Assembly (NCBI GenBank): GCA_038248745.1
Contig: JBBRXC010000001.1
Location: 264-64,263 of the forward strand
Source: Peptostreptococcales bacterium
GTDB taxonomy: Bacteria > Bacillota > Clostridia > Peptostreptococcales > Anaerovoracaceae
Direction of reading: 5' to 3'
Length of the DNA stretch: 64,000 nt
The stretch's first letter is position 1. Each line of letters begins with the position of its first letter. The notes beneath the pieces were generated by a model, which saw only the letters and a program-made list of their open reading frames with translations, had not been told where the DNA came from and searched no databases. The translations under genes and the position numbers were made by a program. Positions 20,972 through 31,175 of the stretch are shown one piece after another.

Positions 20972-21580
20972 CTATTTTATCTCCATGGTTTGCATTTCTA
21001 TTTTCGTCTTCCCATGAGACGCGCCTTTTAATTCCCAGTATTTATTACCTACTTTTACAAAAATGCCTTTAAAAATAGGCATCTGTGTTTTTAAATATAT
21101 GTTTTTTCCCAATTCAATTGCTTTCGCAAACTTTTTTATTTCACCAATAACCAATCCTCTAAAAGGAGAGTCCAGAATCGCTTCCCCCGAACCTATGCTT
21201 AGTACGCCCCCAAACTCATAATTATTCTTCTTTAGAAAAAGCGCCATTATACTAATCGCCACTTCATTTTGTTCATTTTCAATGAAACCACAATTGACGA
21301 TGATATAAACAATTGGTCGAGATTTATACTTTTCTCCCAACTTTTCTAATCGGTTTAAAAACCCAAGTAAAATGGATGGAATACTATCCACATACAAAGG
21401 GAAAATCAATACTGCTTTATTCGCAGAAAAAAGTTCTTTAGACACTTCATCATAATTGTTTTTATTGAGCAGAAATTCTTCTGAACTAGATTTTAAAAAC
21501 TTCATAAGGTACTTGCCATATCTTCTAGAGTTTGATATTGGTGCTCTATGACTTCCGTTGATGATGACTATTTTATCCAT
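20972..21580 (-). CDS. Flavodoxin-like fold / NAD(P)H-dependent FMN reductase-like protein
   Basis: 202 aa. The N-terminus KIVIINGSHRAPISNS resembles the FMN-phosphate loop of flavodoxin-like reductases. Confidence 0.4.
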   Translation of the reverse strand: MDKIVIINGSHRAPISNSRRYGKYLMKFLKSSSEEFLLNKNNYDEVSKELFSANKAVLIFPLYVDSIPSILLGFLNRLEKLGEKYKSRPIVYIIVNCGFIENEQNEVAISIMALFLKKNNYEFGGVLSIGSGEAILDSPFRGLVIGEIKKFAKAIELGKNIYLKTQMPIFKGIFVKVGNKYWELKGASHGKTKIEMQTMEIK

Positions 21581-22092
21581 CTTTCAGATACCTCCTTCTG
21601 GAGAATTTTTTCTATTTCAGATTCTGCAGCTAAAACAACCTTATAACTTCCAAGACACATATTGTATGCGGTTCTCTCTATTAATTTTTTAAAAATTTCT
21701 TTTTCTTCTTCATGCTCTATGCCATAGCCAATAATGATAGAATCTTTTATCTCTACACATCTTTGCTGATGATGGGTTTCTTTATTGAAAACCCTCAAAA
21801 AAGGCTGTTGCAGAGGAAGGCATCTTTCAAGCATTCGCTTAAAAGCCACATCATAACAACCGTATTTAACTTTACAGATATAGACAATTTCCTTAGCCAG
21901 TGCAATTTTAGGATAAATAAGCACTTGATCATCTCTGATTACACAGCTTCCTGGTGTTTTTATCCAACAATTAAAACAACTTGTGCAAAAGTTTATAGTA
22001 TGACTGTTAATATTAATAACTTCAGCCTGTTCCATTTTAAAGTCTATTGTTTTATCTGTAAGTATTAACATATTATCACCAATCCATCTCAT
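21568..22092 (-). CDS. Flavodoxin-like / iron-sulfur flavoprotein-like protein
   Basis: 174 aa. The Cys cluster CTSCFNCWIKTPGSCVIRDD resembles Isf-type flavodoxin-family proteins. ATGA overlap with the upstream gene; an alternative start is at 22071. Confidence 0.4.
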   Translation of the reverse strand: MRWIGDNMLILTDKTIDFKMEQAEVININSHTINFCTSCFNCWIKTPGSCVIRDDQVLIYPKIALAKEIVYICKVKYGCYDVAFKRMLERCLPLQQPFLRVFNKETHHQQRCVEIKDSIIIGYGIEHEEEKEIFKKLIERTAYNMCLGSYKVVLAAESEIEKILQKEVSERWIK

Positions 22093-22766
22093 TTTTTCAT
22101 TTTCAGTAACATCAACTTATCTTCTTTTGAAACCCGATAAGACTCCCTTATTTTCTGTAATGCCTTATTATGCGTCCAAGGATCTAAGCTATCAGAACAA
22201 AGAAATTGAAAGGTTTTTTCTCTTTGTTTCACAAAAGCTGAAGAAACCGCCCAAGCGATTGCCATTTTAACATAATAACCCTCCTGGTTAATATTTGCCA
22301 AAACAGTCAGTACCTCATCAATATACAATGGTTCAAGATAGTAATCCATCAGCATGACAACGGCAAACCTAATCTCATACTCTTCGTTTGAATTAAAATA
22401 TCTATCTAGCAAGCGCCACATTTTGTCTTTATTTTTTACAGTGATTTTCAAACTACTGCAAAAACTATCACAAACTGCCCAATTGTCTATGAAGGGTACA
22501 AACTCAATGATGTGTTTCGCCACCTGATCAAATGGCAGTTTTAGATTTCCAATGACAAATCCATAAAGCATTTTTTCTTCATAATAATCAAAAGACCGTT
22601 GTTCAAAAAAACTGTCATCCCCCTCTTTTACTAATTCCTTGGCTATCTTCCTAATAATAGGGATTCTTACCCCTTGAATGTTCTGCACACCTGGAACCAG
22701 TTTTTCATGAAATGCTTTATATCCTGCATCTTTATTATCTGCCAATATTTTCTTATAGTTTATCAT
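22089..22766 (-). CDS. DNA alkylation repair protein (AlkD-like HEAT-repeat family)
   Basis: 225 aa. The pattern N-terminal [11 protein letters not shown]...[14 protein letters not shown] and W..D..C is typical of the DNA_alkylation family. Confidence 0.65.
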   Translation of the reverse strand: MINYKKILADNKDAGYKAFHEKLVPGVQNIQGVRIPIIRKIAKELVKEGDDSFFEQRSFDYYEEKMLYGFVIGNLKLPFDQVAKHIIEFVPFIDNWAVCDSFCSSLKITVKNKDKMWRLLDRYFNSNEEYEIRFAVVMLMDYYLEPLYIDEVLTVLANINQEGYYVKMAIAWAVSSAFVKQREKTFQFLCSDSLDPWTHNKALQKIRESYRVSKEDKLMLLKMKK

Positions 22767-23497
22767 TCACCACCCGTTAATTCTATTACAAAGTCTGTTT
22801 TCGGATGTTGTTTTATTTCTGATGGTGTGCCAATTTGAATAATTTTACCCTGATCCATAACTAGTACTCTTGTGCCAAGTTTCAGCGCTTCTTTGATATC
22901 ATGGGTAATAAATACAATCATCACATTCAGTTTTTTGTAGATTTTCAATATTTCTTCCTGTAGTAGTTTCCGGTTTATTTCATCAACTGCGCCAAATGGC
23001 TCATCCATAAGCAACACTTCCGGGGAGGCCGCTAATGCTCTTGCCAGGCCAACCCTCTGTCGTTGACCTCCAGAAAGTTCGCTGGGATATCTTGAAATAA
23101 TTTCTTCTTCCAAACCAACCATATTGATCAGTTCTTTTACTTTCATTTTTATTTTAAGTTTATCATCTTCTTTAATTAAGTTGGGGACATAAGCAATGTT
23201 TTTACCAATGTTCATATGTGGGAAGAGACCAACCTCCTGAATAACATAACCCATTTTTCTTCTTAATTGAATCTGATCAATCTTTGCTATGTCTTCCCCA
23301 TTTACAAGAATTCTGCCACTGTCAGGCGTGAGCAACCCGTTAATTAGCTTTAAAACAGTTGTTTTTCCACATCCTGAGCTCCCAATGATGGTTAAAAAAT
23401 CCCCTCTGCATATAGTTAAATTAAAATTGTTCAATATCATATTCTCACCATATGATTTAGAGACATTTTCAAAAATGATACAATCTTGGTTTTCCAT
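22763..23497 (-). CDS. Osmoprotectant (glycine betaine/choline-type) ABC transporter ATP-binding protein
   Basis: 244 aa. Walker [10 protein letters not shown], signature LSGGQRQRV, Walker B LLMDEP. Sits in an operon with an Opu-type permease and binding protein. Confidence 0.8.
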   Translation of the reverse strand: MENQDCIIFENVSKSYGENMILNNFNLTICRGDFLTIIGSSGCGKTTVLKLINGLLTPDSGRILVNGEDIAKIDQIQLRRKMGYVIQEVGLFPHMNIGKNIAYVPNLIKEDDKLKIKMKVKELINMVGLEEEIISRYPSELSGGQRQRVGLARALAASPEVLLMDEPFGAVDEINRKLLQEEILKIYKKLNVMIVFITHDIKEALKLGTRVLVMDQGKIIQIGTPSEIKQHPKTDFVIELTGGE

Positions 23498-23519
23498 ATG
23501 CCCTCCATCTTCTATAGTG

Positions 23520-24422
23520 TTATTTTAAAAGTCCTTTTTCAATTAAAAAATCTTTTGCTAAATCTTTTTCATTAATTCCCTCAGCTTCAACCTTATAGTT
23601 TAATTCAGCCATTTCCTTGTCCGTGATAATATTATCCATTTTCATTAAAACTGCTTCTAGCTCAGGATATTTTTCCAGCGTGTCCATTCTGACAACTGTT
23701 CCACAATAATACGACTGATAGAAATCTTTATCATCCTCAAGAACGGTCACATCTGAAATAGCCAGTTGGCCATCCGTTGTAAAGATATTCATCACATCTA
23801 TTTCTTTTGAATTAATGGCATTGTATTTAAGGCCTATATCAAGATCAACTGTTTTTTTGAATGCCAATCCATAAGTTTTAGCCAATGCGTCAAATCCATC
23901 TTCTCTTTCAAAAAAATCATATTCCGCGCCAAATACCAGATCCTTTGAATATTTAGCTAAATCAGAATAAGTCGTTATATTATATTTATCTGCTATTTCT
24001 TTTCTTACCACTAACCCATAGGTATTATTAAACCCATATAATCCAACCCATTTCAGATTATACTCACTTTCATATTTTTTTGTAAGCTCATTATACAAGG
24101 TTACATCATCTGGAATCCCTGTTTCTTTTAAAACAAAACTCCACGCTGTACCCGTGTATTCTGGGTAAAGATCAAAATCTCCTGCAAGGATAGCTGGCTG
24201 AATATTACTGGTTCCACCGCCAACACCTTTTGTCATTTCCACTGTTAGATCTGTATCTGCTTCAATCAGCAACGCTAACATTTCTCCTAAAATAAACTGC
24301 TCAGTCATTGGCTTGGTAGCAATTTTTATGATTTTGGTTTCACTTTTTCCTGAACATCCAATCAATGAGATCATTAATACAAATACCAACAAAATCGACA
24401 TCTTCCTAAAATACTTATTCAT
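23520..24422 (-). CDS. Osmoprotectant ABC transporter substrate-binding lipoprotein
   Basis: ATG at 24422 (GGAGG 8 nt upstream, ATGA overlap with the permease stop). Lipobox LIGCSG. OpuBC/OpuCC-like fold pattern. Confidence 0.75.
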   Translation of the reverse strand: MNKYFRKMSILLVFVLMISLIGCSGKSETKIIKIATKPMTEQFILGEMLALLIEADTDLTVEMTKGVGGGTSNIQPAILAGDFDLYPEYTGTAWSFVLKETGIPDDVTLYNELTKKYESEYNLKWVGLYGFNNTYGLVVRKEIADKYNITTYSDLAKYSKDLVFGAEYDFFEREDGFDALAKTYGLAFKKTVDLDIGLKYNAINSKEIDVMNIFTTDGQLAISDVTVLEDDKDFYQSYYCGTVVRMDTLEKYPELEAVLMKMDNIITDKEMAELNYKVEAEGINEKDLAKDFLIEKGLLK

Positions 24423-25063
24423 CTTTTCAACCTCCACTTTCTTTCTACAGATTTTTCAAGACTCCCTATCAAGAAGTCTGAAACTAAAGCTAAACCCGCA
24501 ATCAGTAAACTGCCGGCCACCGTCATAACCATATTATTTGTGGTAATTCCTCTGTAAATTGCCACACCCAATCCACCCGCACCGATAAAGGAAGCAATAC
24601 CCGCCAGTGCTATGGTCATTACCACCATATTTCTAAAACCTGCCAGTATAATAGTCGTTGCAAGAGGAAGTTTGATTTTATAAAGTATCTCAAAAGGGGT
24701 GCTTCCCATTCCTTTTGCTGCTTCAATGATTGCCGGATCAATGTTATCTATACCTGCATGTGTATTTCTGACCATAGGTAGAAGCGCATAAACAGTCAAT
24801 GCGATGATTGCAGTTGTATTTCCAATCCCTGAAAAAGGAATTAGAATACCAAGAAGAGAGATGGATGGTATGGTATAGATAAAATTAGTTAATCCAAGAA
24901 TGATTGGTGACGTTTTTTTGAACTCACTGATAAATACCCCTAAAACCAATCCGATCATCGCCCCGAAAAGAATTGCACTACCTGAAATTTTCAAATGTTC
25001 CAAAATCAGTTGAATGAAAAAGTCTCCTCTTTCATAGTATATCTGAAATACTTGTTTAATCAT
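24419..25063 (-). CDS. Osmoprotectant ABC transporter permease
   Basis: The track start at 25075 is TTG inside the RBS. ATG at 25063 (MIKQVFQ...) follows GGAGG. BPD-transporter EAA-like region IEAAKGMGSTPFEILYKIKLP. Confidence 0.8.
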   Translation of the reverse strand: MIKQVFQIYYERGDFFIQLILEHLKISGSAILFGAMIGLVLGVFISEFKKTSPIILGLTNFIYTIPSISLLGILIPFSGIGNTTAIIALTVYALLPMVRNTHAGIDNIDPAIIEAAKGMGSTPFEILYKIKLPLATTIILAGFRNMVVMTIALAGIASFIGAGGLGVAIYRGITTNNMVMTVAGSLLIAGLALVSDFLIGSLEKSVERKWRLKR

Positions 25064-25087
25064 CCAAGCCTCCAATCCTATTTGCCC

Positions 25088-25143
25088 GATTCAATCGTAA
25101 TATGATTCAATAGTAATATGATTCAATAATAATATGATTCAAT
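25088..25143. repeat. 16-bp tandem repeat, 3.5 copies
   Basis: GATTCAATCGTAATAT / GATTCAATAGTAATAT / GATTCAATAATAATAT / GATTCAAT starting at 25088, 25104, 25120 and 25136. Located between the GIY-YIG gene stop (25139-25141, inside the last unit) and the opu permease start. Confidence 0.9.
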
Positions 25144-25390
25144 CCCATGTTTCTGACTGTATTAATTTAATTTTTTCTATTCTGCTCATTTTTTTTATTT
25201 GGCGCTCTCTCAGAAGTGCCTCTTTTTTTGTCTCCAGCGCTTCATAATAAACTAAAGCAACCGGGAGTCTCCCCCTGGTATATTTAGAACCCTTCCCCCT
25301 GTTATGTACTGCTATGCGCCGGTTGATATCCAGCGTATAGCCTGTGTATAGGGTCCCGTCAGAACATAGTAAAATATAAGTATAATGCAT
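25139..25390 (-). CDS. GIY-YIG nuclease family protein (YazA/UPF0213-like)
   Basis: 83 aa. YTYILLCSDGTLYTGYT ... RRIAVHNRGKGSKYTR matches the GIY-YIG core. Confidence 0.85.
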   Translation of the reverse strand: MHYTYILLCSDGTLYTGYTLDINRRIAVHNRGKGSKYTRGRLPVALVYYEALETKKEALLRERQIKKMSRIEKIKLIQSETWD

Positions 25391-25428
25391 ATCTCAACTA
25401 TCCCGTCATCTAATTTAAACCAATAATT

Positions 25429-25824
25429 TTATTTTTTCAACAAATCCCGTATTTCTCTTAGAAGTGCTGTATCTTCTGGCGTCTCTTCAATTACTTCTTC
25501 GATTATAGCCTCCTTCTTTCTCTTTGACTTTTCTATGATTCTAATCGTCAGGAAAATACAAAAAGCAATAATGACAAAATCCACAATGTTTTGAATAAAC
25601 ATACCATAATAGACGGCGACCTCTGGCGAATCTCCAACAGCAGGTTCGATTAAAATTTTCAACGACTTAAAATCCACATTGCCCATCAGAATACCCACAA
25701 TTGGCATAATCACATCATTAACCAAAGACGTAATAATTTTGCCAAATGCACCTCCGATGATTACCGCAACTGCAAGGTCTAAAACATTACCTTTCATAAT
25801 AAACTGCTTGAAATCTTTTAACAT
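25429..25824 (-). CDS. mscL: Large-conductance mechanosensitive channel
   Basis: 131 aa. The N-terminus MLKDFKQFIMKGNVLDLAVAVIIGGAFGKI is diagnostic. Confidence 0.92.
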   Translation of the reverse strand: MLKDFKQFIMKGNVLDLAVAVIIGGAFGKIITSLVNDVIMPIVGILMGNVDFKSLKILIEPAVGDSPEVAVYYGMFIQNIVDFVIIAFCIFLTIRIIEKSKRKKEAIIEEVIEETPEDTALLREIRDLLKK

Positions 25825-25890
25825 TTTTTAACCCTCCTCTTTCTTCTGTTTTAATGATGTTTTAGTAATATTATATCATAAACTTAACGG

Positions 25891-26322
25891 TTACTCCTCT
25901 ATTAATTTTTTGATAGCTTCATCAAATATACTGTCCTGATTTTTTGTTCGCTTACCTTGCCCTTTTATTCTACCACCAGACATTCTGACCTCTCTAGCTG
26001 TATGCCTTGCCATAAGAAGTCCATCAATGTTTTCATCGGTATACAGCAACCCGTTTTGAGAAATAGGTCGTGCCTTTTTTGCCAGGCACATGGCTGCAAG
26101 CCCATAGTCCTGCGTAACCACAATGTCGCCTTGATTTACCATATTCACCAATGCAAAATCAACCGTGTCATTTCCCTTGGAAACCATCACCATCCTTGCA
26201 CCCTTTTTATTAAAATAATGAGAAGTATCACATAATATAATACATTCTATACCCATTTTGTTACATAATGAGACAGTTATATCTATCACAGGGCATCCGT
26301 CTCCATCTATTAATATTTTCAT
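25891..26322 (-). CDS. YaiI/YqxD family protein (UPF0178/DUF188)
   Basis: 143 aa. MKILIDGDGCPV start and DFALVN/VVTQDYGLA motifs. Confidence 0.8.
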   Translation of the reverse strand: MKILIDGDGCPVIDITVSLCNKMGIECIILCDTSHYFNKKGARMVMVSKGNDTVDFALVNMVNQGDIVVTQDYGLAAMCLAKKARPISQNGLLYTDENIDGLLMARHTAREVRMSGGRIKGQGKRTKNQDSIFDEAIKKLIEE

Positions 26323-26405
26323 ACATCATCCTTCTTTTAAACTTCACCTTTAATGAAAGGCTCTGGAAACTCCAAAGCCTTATCCGAAAATTTTTTTTAC
26401 TATGC

Positions 26406-27044
26406 TTATAACTGATTTTGTAATTTGAATATTTTTTTAGTAAGTGGCAAAAGCTGCTGCACAATAGGGCCTATAAGCACCAAACTGATAATTGTGCCAA
26501 CGCCATAAACGGCTCCGAGTGAAACCCCAATTAAAAAGAATAGGAAATCACCGCCAATTTTCAAATACTTGAATTTCCATCCTGTTTTTTCTGATGCAAT
26601 CATCGGAAGTATTTCTCCAGCTCCCAACCCAAAATCTGGACTGATGTAAATTGCGATTCCAGTTCCAATCACAATGCAACCTAGAATCAGAACCAACAGA
26701 CTTGAAACGAAGCTGATTTCTGAAGGGAGATTGGCGATTAAAACAATTCTCCAAAGGTCTACTGAAAATCCAATGAAAACTGCTGAAATCAGGGTCCCAT
26801 ATCCAATTTTCTTTCTATTCAAGAAAAATGCAATGGTCAGAAAAACAACATTTATCACGATTTGGGCGTTCCCAAAGGTATACTCCCCATATTTATTGAT
26901 CAGTTTGAAAACACCCATGACTCCTGTTGTAAAAGGATCTACACCTATATTTGCATATATGATCAAGTTTATTCCCAATCCCATAAAAATCATACCCAGA
27001 AAAACGATCAGTGACTTTTTCATATTTAATTTAAAATTATTCAT
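26406..27044 (-). CDS. YczE/YitT-like polytopic membrane protein
   Basis: 212 aa with about six TM segments. Pattern resembles the YczE/YyaS family. Confidence 0.5.
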   Translation of the reverse strand: MNNFKLNMKKSLIVFLGMIFMGLGINLIIYANIGVDPFTTGVMGVFKLINKYGEYTFGNAQIVINVVFLTIAFFLNRKKIGYGTLISAVFIGFSVDLWRIVLIANLPSEISFVSSLLVLILGCIVIGTGIAIYISPDFGLGAGEILPMIASEKTGWKFKYLKIGGDFLFFLIGVSLGAVYGVGTIISLVLIGPIVQQLLPLTKKIFKLQNQL

Positions 27045-27086
27045 TAAAATGTTACCCCTTCTTCTTCTTTATAGTATACACATATC

Positions 27087-27115
27087 TAGACAGTTTTCAA
27101 GGGTTAGTGTACAAT
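27087..27115 (+). promoter_or_regulatory. Sigma-A-type promoter candidate for the EamA-fdhD-mobA... operon
   Basis: TAGACA (27087-27092), 17-nt spacer, TACAAT (27110-27115), about 18 nt before the AGGAGG RBS. Confidence 0.45.
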
Positions 27116-27133
27116 ATACGAGGAGGATTTAAG

Positions 27134-28051
27134 ATGAATAAATACTATTTATATATAATTATTGCAGCATCATTCTGGGGAACGATAGGTATCATTGTAA
27201 AAAGTTTTTATGCTGCTGGCTTCAGTCCGATACAACTTGTCTTTTTCCGGACCTTTATCGGCGTCATCATGCTTTTTATTTATTTAATTATTAATGATAA
27301 AAGCAAACTTAGAATAAGGCTTAAGGATACTTGGATGTTTTTCGGAACGGGGATCATCAGTTTTGCTTTTTTTAATGTATGCTATTTTATTGCAGTGGAA
27401 AAAACAGGATTATCAGTGGCCTCAGTCCTCCTATATACAGCCCCCGGATTTGTTTTTATTCTCTCAGTAATAGTTTTTAAAGAGAAAATAACAAAAGTGA
27501 AAATGATGGCATTGTGCCTTGCTTTTTTTGGTTGTCTCCTTGTTTCAGGAGTTCTTCAACAGGCTGATTATGCCATAGACCTTACAGGAATTATGTTTGG
27601 TATTCTTGCTGGCTTCGGGTATGGGCTTTACAGCATCTTCGGCAAAATAGCACTATCTAGATATTCTCCTATTACAGTAACATTCTATACCTTTACTTTT
27701 GGGTTCCTTGGTGCACTGCCTTTTTCAAATATAACCGAAATACCAGCAATGATCACAAGTGGTGAAATTGCCATCAATATCCTTCTGCTAGCTGCCATCA
27801 TCACAGTTCTACCTTTCGCCCTGTATACAAAAGGCCTTTCAAAAGTGGAACCTTCAAGAGCCTCCATTTTAGCCACGATTGAGCCAGTTGTCGCCACTAT
27901 TTTTGGCGTGCTTCTCTTTAATGAAGTCATGACCTTTATTAAAATTCTAGGTATTGCTTCCGTTATTGGTGCCGCCATCATCATCAGTTTAAAACCAAAA
28001 ATTGAAACTAGAGGGTTAAATGAATATAAAATTAGACAATCAAATAGTTGA
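27134..28051 (+). CDS. EamA/DMT family transporter
   Basis: ATG at 27134 follows AGGAGG (the track start at 27107 is unlikely). Ten TM segments in two EamA-like halves. Confidence 0.8.
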   Translation: MNKYYLYIIIAASFWGTIGIIVKSFYAAGFSPIQLVFFRTFIGVIMLFIYLIINDKSKLRIRLKDTWMFFGTGIISFAFFNVCYFIAVEKTGLSVASVLLYTAPGFVFILSVIVFKEKITKVKMMALCLAFFGCLLVSGVLQQADYAIDLTGIMFGILAGFGYGLYSIFGKIALSRYSPITVTFYTFTFGFLGALPFSNITEIPAMITSGEIAINILLLAAIITVLPFALYTKGLSKVEPSRASILATIEPVVATIFGVLLFNEVMTFIKILGIASVIGAAIIISLKPKIETRGLNEYKIRQSNS

Positions 28052-28736
28052 GCCAAAAGCTGACGGACGGGCACCTGAAACAGAATCAGTAAAAAAAACA
28101 GCGGAACTAGAAACTGTATCCGCCCTAGAAATCGCCAGATATCAGGACAACACCTTGTTTAACTTGGAAGATCAAGTAGGTATGGAATCAACAATAACAG
28201 TTGATTTGAGCAATGGAAATCAGGTTACATTGCCATGCACCGCTGTTCATTTGGAAGAATTGGCATTAGGTTTTGCTTTTTCACAAAACGAAAAAAACAA
28301 GATTTCAGATGAATCCATCCACCCTATTGAAACACCCTTGCCTTTTGACGATATTTCCTACGAAAAAATGTTGATCTGTTTTAAGAAATTTTCCTCCGCT
28401 TCCCCATTGTTTCGTTCAACTGGAAGTGTTCACAGTGGTCAGCTGATGGATGTTGATTATAATATACTGTTTTTTACAGAAGATATGGGCAGGCACAATG
28501 TCATTGACAAAATAATTGGCTTTATCATAAAAAACAATATAGACTGTACGCATTGTATTTTAATGATAAGTTCAAGAATGCCTTTAGAACTTGTTGAGAA
28601 AATTTATAGAACAGGAATCAGAAATATCGCCTCGGTGTCTGCCCCCACAAAAGAAGCGGTCTTGTACTCCAGAGAGAGAAATATAAACCTGATTGGCATG
28701 TACAGAGATTCCAGATTTAATATATATTCTAAATAA
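28020..28736 (+). CDS. fdhD: Formate dehydrogenase accessory sulfurtransferase FdhD
   Basis: 238 aa. GRHNVIDKIIG (FdhD GRHN motif) and C-terminal SAPT. Overlaps the EamA gene by 32 nt. Confidence 0.8.
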   Translation: MNIKLDNQIVEPKADGRAPETESVKKTAELETVSALEIARYQDNTLFNLEDQVGMESTITVDLSNGNQVTLPCTAVHLEELALGFAFSQNEKNKISDESIHPIETPLPFDDISYEKMLICFKKFSSASPLFRSTGSVHSGQLMDVDYNILFFTEDMGRHNVIDKIIGFIIKNNIDCTHCILMISSRMPLELVEKIYRTGIRNIASVSAPTKEAVLYSRERNINLIGMYRDSRFNIYSK

Positions 28737-28737
28737 T

Positions 28738-29382
28738 ATGGAGAAATTGATGAAACATTTTATAAATAACGAGACCAAATTAAATACTGCCGTGATCCTT
28801 GCAGGGGGCAAAAGTAGCAGACTTCCCTTTGACAAACAAACGTTCAAAATTAATGGAAATTTAATGCCAGTTTTTATTGCTGATTGTCTTTCTGTAGAGT
28901 TTGACAGGGTGATTATTGTATCTAATAAACCGGAATTATACAGAAAAAATTGTTCATATGAAGTTATTCCTGACACCTGGATAGGCCTTGGCCCCAAAGC
29001 GGGCATTCTTGCCGGGTTAGAATTTGCTGCAGATGAATTTGTTTATTTTACAGGCTGCGATATGCCTTTCGTCAATCTGCCTTATATCCGTTATATGAAA
29101 AGCCTACTACAGCATGCCGAAATGGATTTATCTGTGGTACTCTCAGTTAAAAATGGTTATTACGAACCGCTAAATGCCTTCTATTCAAAAAATTTAATCC
29201 CAGTTCTGCAGACTCAGCTTCAAACGAAAAAGAATAAAATCTCTGATTGCTATTTTGAAAACAGCATACTCAAAATAACGGAAAGAATGCAAGTTCAATT
29301 TGATCCCCATAGATTGATGTTTATCAATCTAAATACCCCAAAAGACATTGAAGAATGGCATTCAAAACAAATACTTTTATGA
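28738..29382 (+). CDS. mobA: Molybdenum cofactor guanylyltransferase
   Basis: AVILAGGKSSRL, GPKAGILAGL and GCDMPF motifs. ATG at 28738 lies 1 nt after the fdhD stop; an alternative ATG is at 28750. The track start at 28693 is unlikely. Confidence 0.8.
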   Translation: MEKLMKHFINNETKLNTAVILAGGKSSRLPFDKQTFKINGNLMPVFIADCLSVEFDRVIIVSNKPELYRKNCSYEVIPDTWIGLGPKAGILAGLEFAADEFVYFTGCDMPFVNLPYIRYMKSLLQHAEMDLSVVLSVKNGYYEPLNAFYSKNLIPVLQTQLQTKKNKISDCYFENSILKITERMQVQFDPHRLMFINLNTPKDIEEWHSKQILL

Positions 29383-29409
29383 AAACTTAAATTATAGTAT
29401 ACTATACAT

Positions 29410-30078
29410 ATGAGTAAAATATATATTTCAGAGGACGCCCATCCCCTTCTAAAAGAATATTTATCCTGCAGAAACCATCTAATTATAGAAGTAGAAAGCA
29501 CGGATCAGGTGTATGAGAGCATTTCTTCCCATCCTGATATTTTTATGTGCAAAATAAACAATCAAATGATAAAGTCTGAAAAGGACCTGGGATATTCCTA
29601 CCCTGATAATATAAAATATAACGGCGTACAGATTGGAAACTATTTCATCCACCATACCAATTATACGGCTTCAAAACTTATGTCCGCTGTAAAAGCAGCT
29701 GGTTTAATACCTGTTCATGTACCACAAGGCTATACCAAATGCAACATCGTTGCTGTAGATAAGAATTCAATCATTACCTCTGACGAAGGGATAAAAAACA
29801 TCTTAGTTCCTTTGGGGTTGGACGTTCTTTTAATTTCACCAGGGAATGTGAAGCTTAAAGGTTTTTCTTACGGTTTTTTAGGAGGTGCCTCTGGCAAAGT
29901 TGGTGATTCAATTATTTTTAATGGCAATCTCTCAGCGCATCCTGATTATCAGAAAATATCAGATTTTATCTTAACCAGAGGATTGAAGCTGAAATATTTC
30001 AAAGAATATGATCTTGAAGACATTGGATCTATCATTGAGGATGAAGTACATTTAAAAAGAGAGGTCAAATCACCATGA
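29410..30078 (+). CDS. Hypothetical protein, possibly guanidino-modifying-enzyme (pentein)-like fold (DUF6873-like)
   Basis: 222-aa ORF with good coding appearance. SHPD and QGYTKCN segments are faintly pentein-like. Functional assignment is weak. Confidence 0.35.
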   Translation: MSKIYISEDAHPLLKEYLSCRNHLIIEVESTDQVYESISSHPDIFMCKINNQMIKSEKDLGYSYPDNIKYNGVQIGNYFIHHTNYTASKLMSAVKAAGLIPVHVPQGYTKCNIVAVDKNSIITSDEGIKNILVPLGLDVLLISPGNVKLKGFSYGFLGGASGKVGDSIIFNGNLSAHPDYQKISDFILTRGLKLKYFKEYDLEDIGSIIEDEVHLKREVKSP

Positions 30079-31175
30079 AAAGGCATGCTATCATACCCAT
30101 TTTCATCCCCCACCAGGGTTGTCCAAATGATTGCGTTTTTTGCAACCAACGTAACATTACCGCAAGAACAGCCATACCTGGAGCGGATGATGTAAGGGGA
30201 ACCATAGAAAGGTACTTGCCAACCCTAACTGGCAGAGGGCTTGAAACCATTGAGGTGGCATTTTTTGGGGGTAGTTTTACAGGGCTAGACATAGATCTCC
30301 AGTCAACGTATCTTCGCGTTGCCAAAGAGTATAAAGAGAAAGGACTTATCAATAAAATCCATTTATCTACAAGGCCTGATTACATCAATACCCGAATATT
30401 AGATAATCTTAAAGACTACAGCGTGGATATTATTGAACTAGGTGTTCAGTCTTTTGACGAAGAGGTTTTAAAACGTTCTAATAGAGGTCATGATATTGCC
30501 TGCGTTTATGAAAGCGCTTCATTAATACAAAAATATGGCTTTGAACTTGGCTTGCAACTGATGCTCGGTCTGCCAGGCGATACGTTGGAAAAAGATTTAT
30601 TCTCGGCACAGGAACTGGTTAAAATTAACCCATCCATTGCCCGTCTTTATCCAACCATAGTGATTCAGGATACTCAATTATATGAAATGTACCTGAAAGG
30701 TGATTATCACCCTTTAACCCAGGAAGAAGCAGTACATATTACAAAAGAAATGTATAAAATAATTTCAACTGCCGGAATAAACATCATTCGCGTTGGCCTA
30801 AAGAGCACTGATGTGATCAATGATTCCGATCTCGGTGCCATTGCCGGAGGGACCTTCCATCCGGCCTTCAGGCAGCTTGTAGAAGGAGAAATAGCCAAAG
30901 ACATGCTAGAGCACCAATTGACGGAATTTCTTTCCAAAAATGAAGAAATCCTCAACAAGAGCAACTGTATGCGAAATAGCGAAAATGCAGAAAATAGCGA
31001 AAATGTAAAAACTCTTTACTTTTCTTCAAGAAACGAATCTTTCTCAAATATGGTGGGAAATAGTAAAATTAACAAGAAGTATTTTGCAGATAGGTTTCCC
31101 TGTGTTAAAATAGAATACATTATAGATAATTCAATAGGATTTAATACCTATATATTAAAGGAGGAAAAGAAATGA
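30075..31175 (+). CDS. Radical SAM protein (ELP3-like/COG1243 type)
   Basis: 366 aa. CPNDCVFC (CxxxCxxC) near the N-terminus and a GGSFT motif. 4-nt overlap with the previous gene. Confidence 0.8.
   Translation: MKRHAIIPIFIPHQGCPNDCVFCNQRNITARTAIPGADDVRGTIERYLPTLTGRGLETIEVAFFGGSFTGLDIDLQSTYLRVAKEYKEKGLINKIHLSTRPDYINTRILDNLKDYSVDIIELGVQSFDEEVLKRSNRGHDIACVYESASLIQKYGFELGLQLMLGLPGDTLEKDLFSAQELVKINPSIARLYPTIVIQDTQLYEMYLKGDYHPLTQEEAVHITKEMYKIISTAGINIIRVGLKSTDVINDSDLGAIAGGTFHPAFRQLVEGEIAKDMLEHQLTEFLSKNEEILNKSNCMRNSENAENSENVKTLYFSSRNESFSNMVGNSKINKKYFADRFPCVKIEYIIDNSIGFNTYILKEEKK

Noticed and set aside
25088-25143. Tandem repeats (and the 31-nt dispersed repeats) as a CRISPR array
   Set aside because: The 16-bp units are contiguous with no spacers. 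The 31-nt units occur singly or as inverted doublets tens of kb apart. No cas genes are present.
25139-25390. GIY-YIG gene as a homing endonuclease or mobile element
   Set aside because: At 83 aa it contains only the catalytic GIY-YIG core (YazA/UPF0213 type). It has no DNA-binding extension, intron/intein context or flanking repeats other than the downstream 16-bp array.
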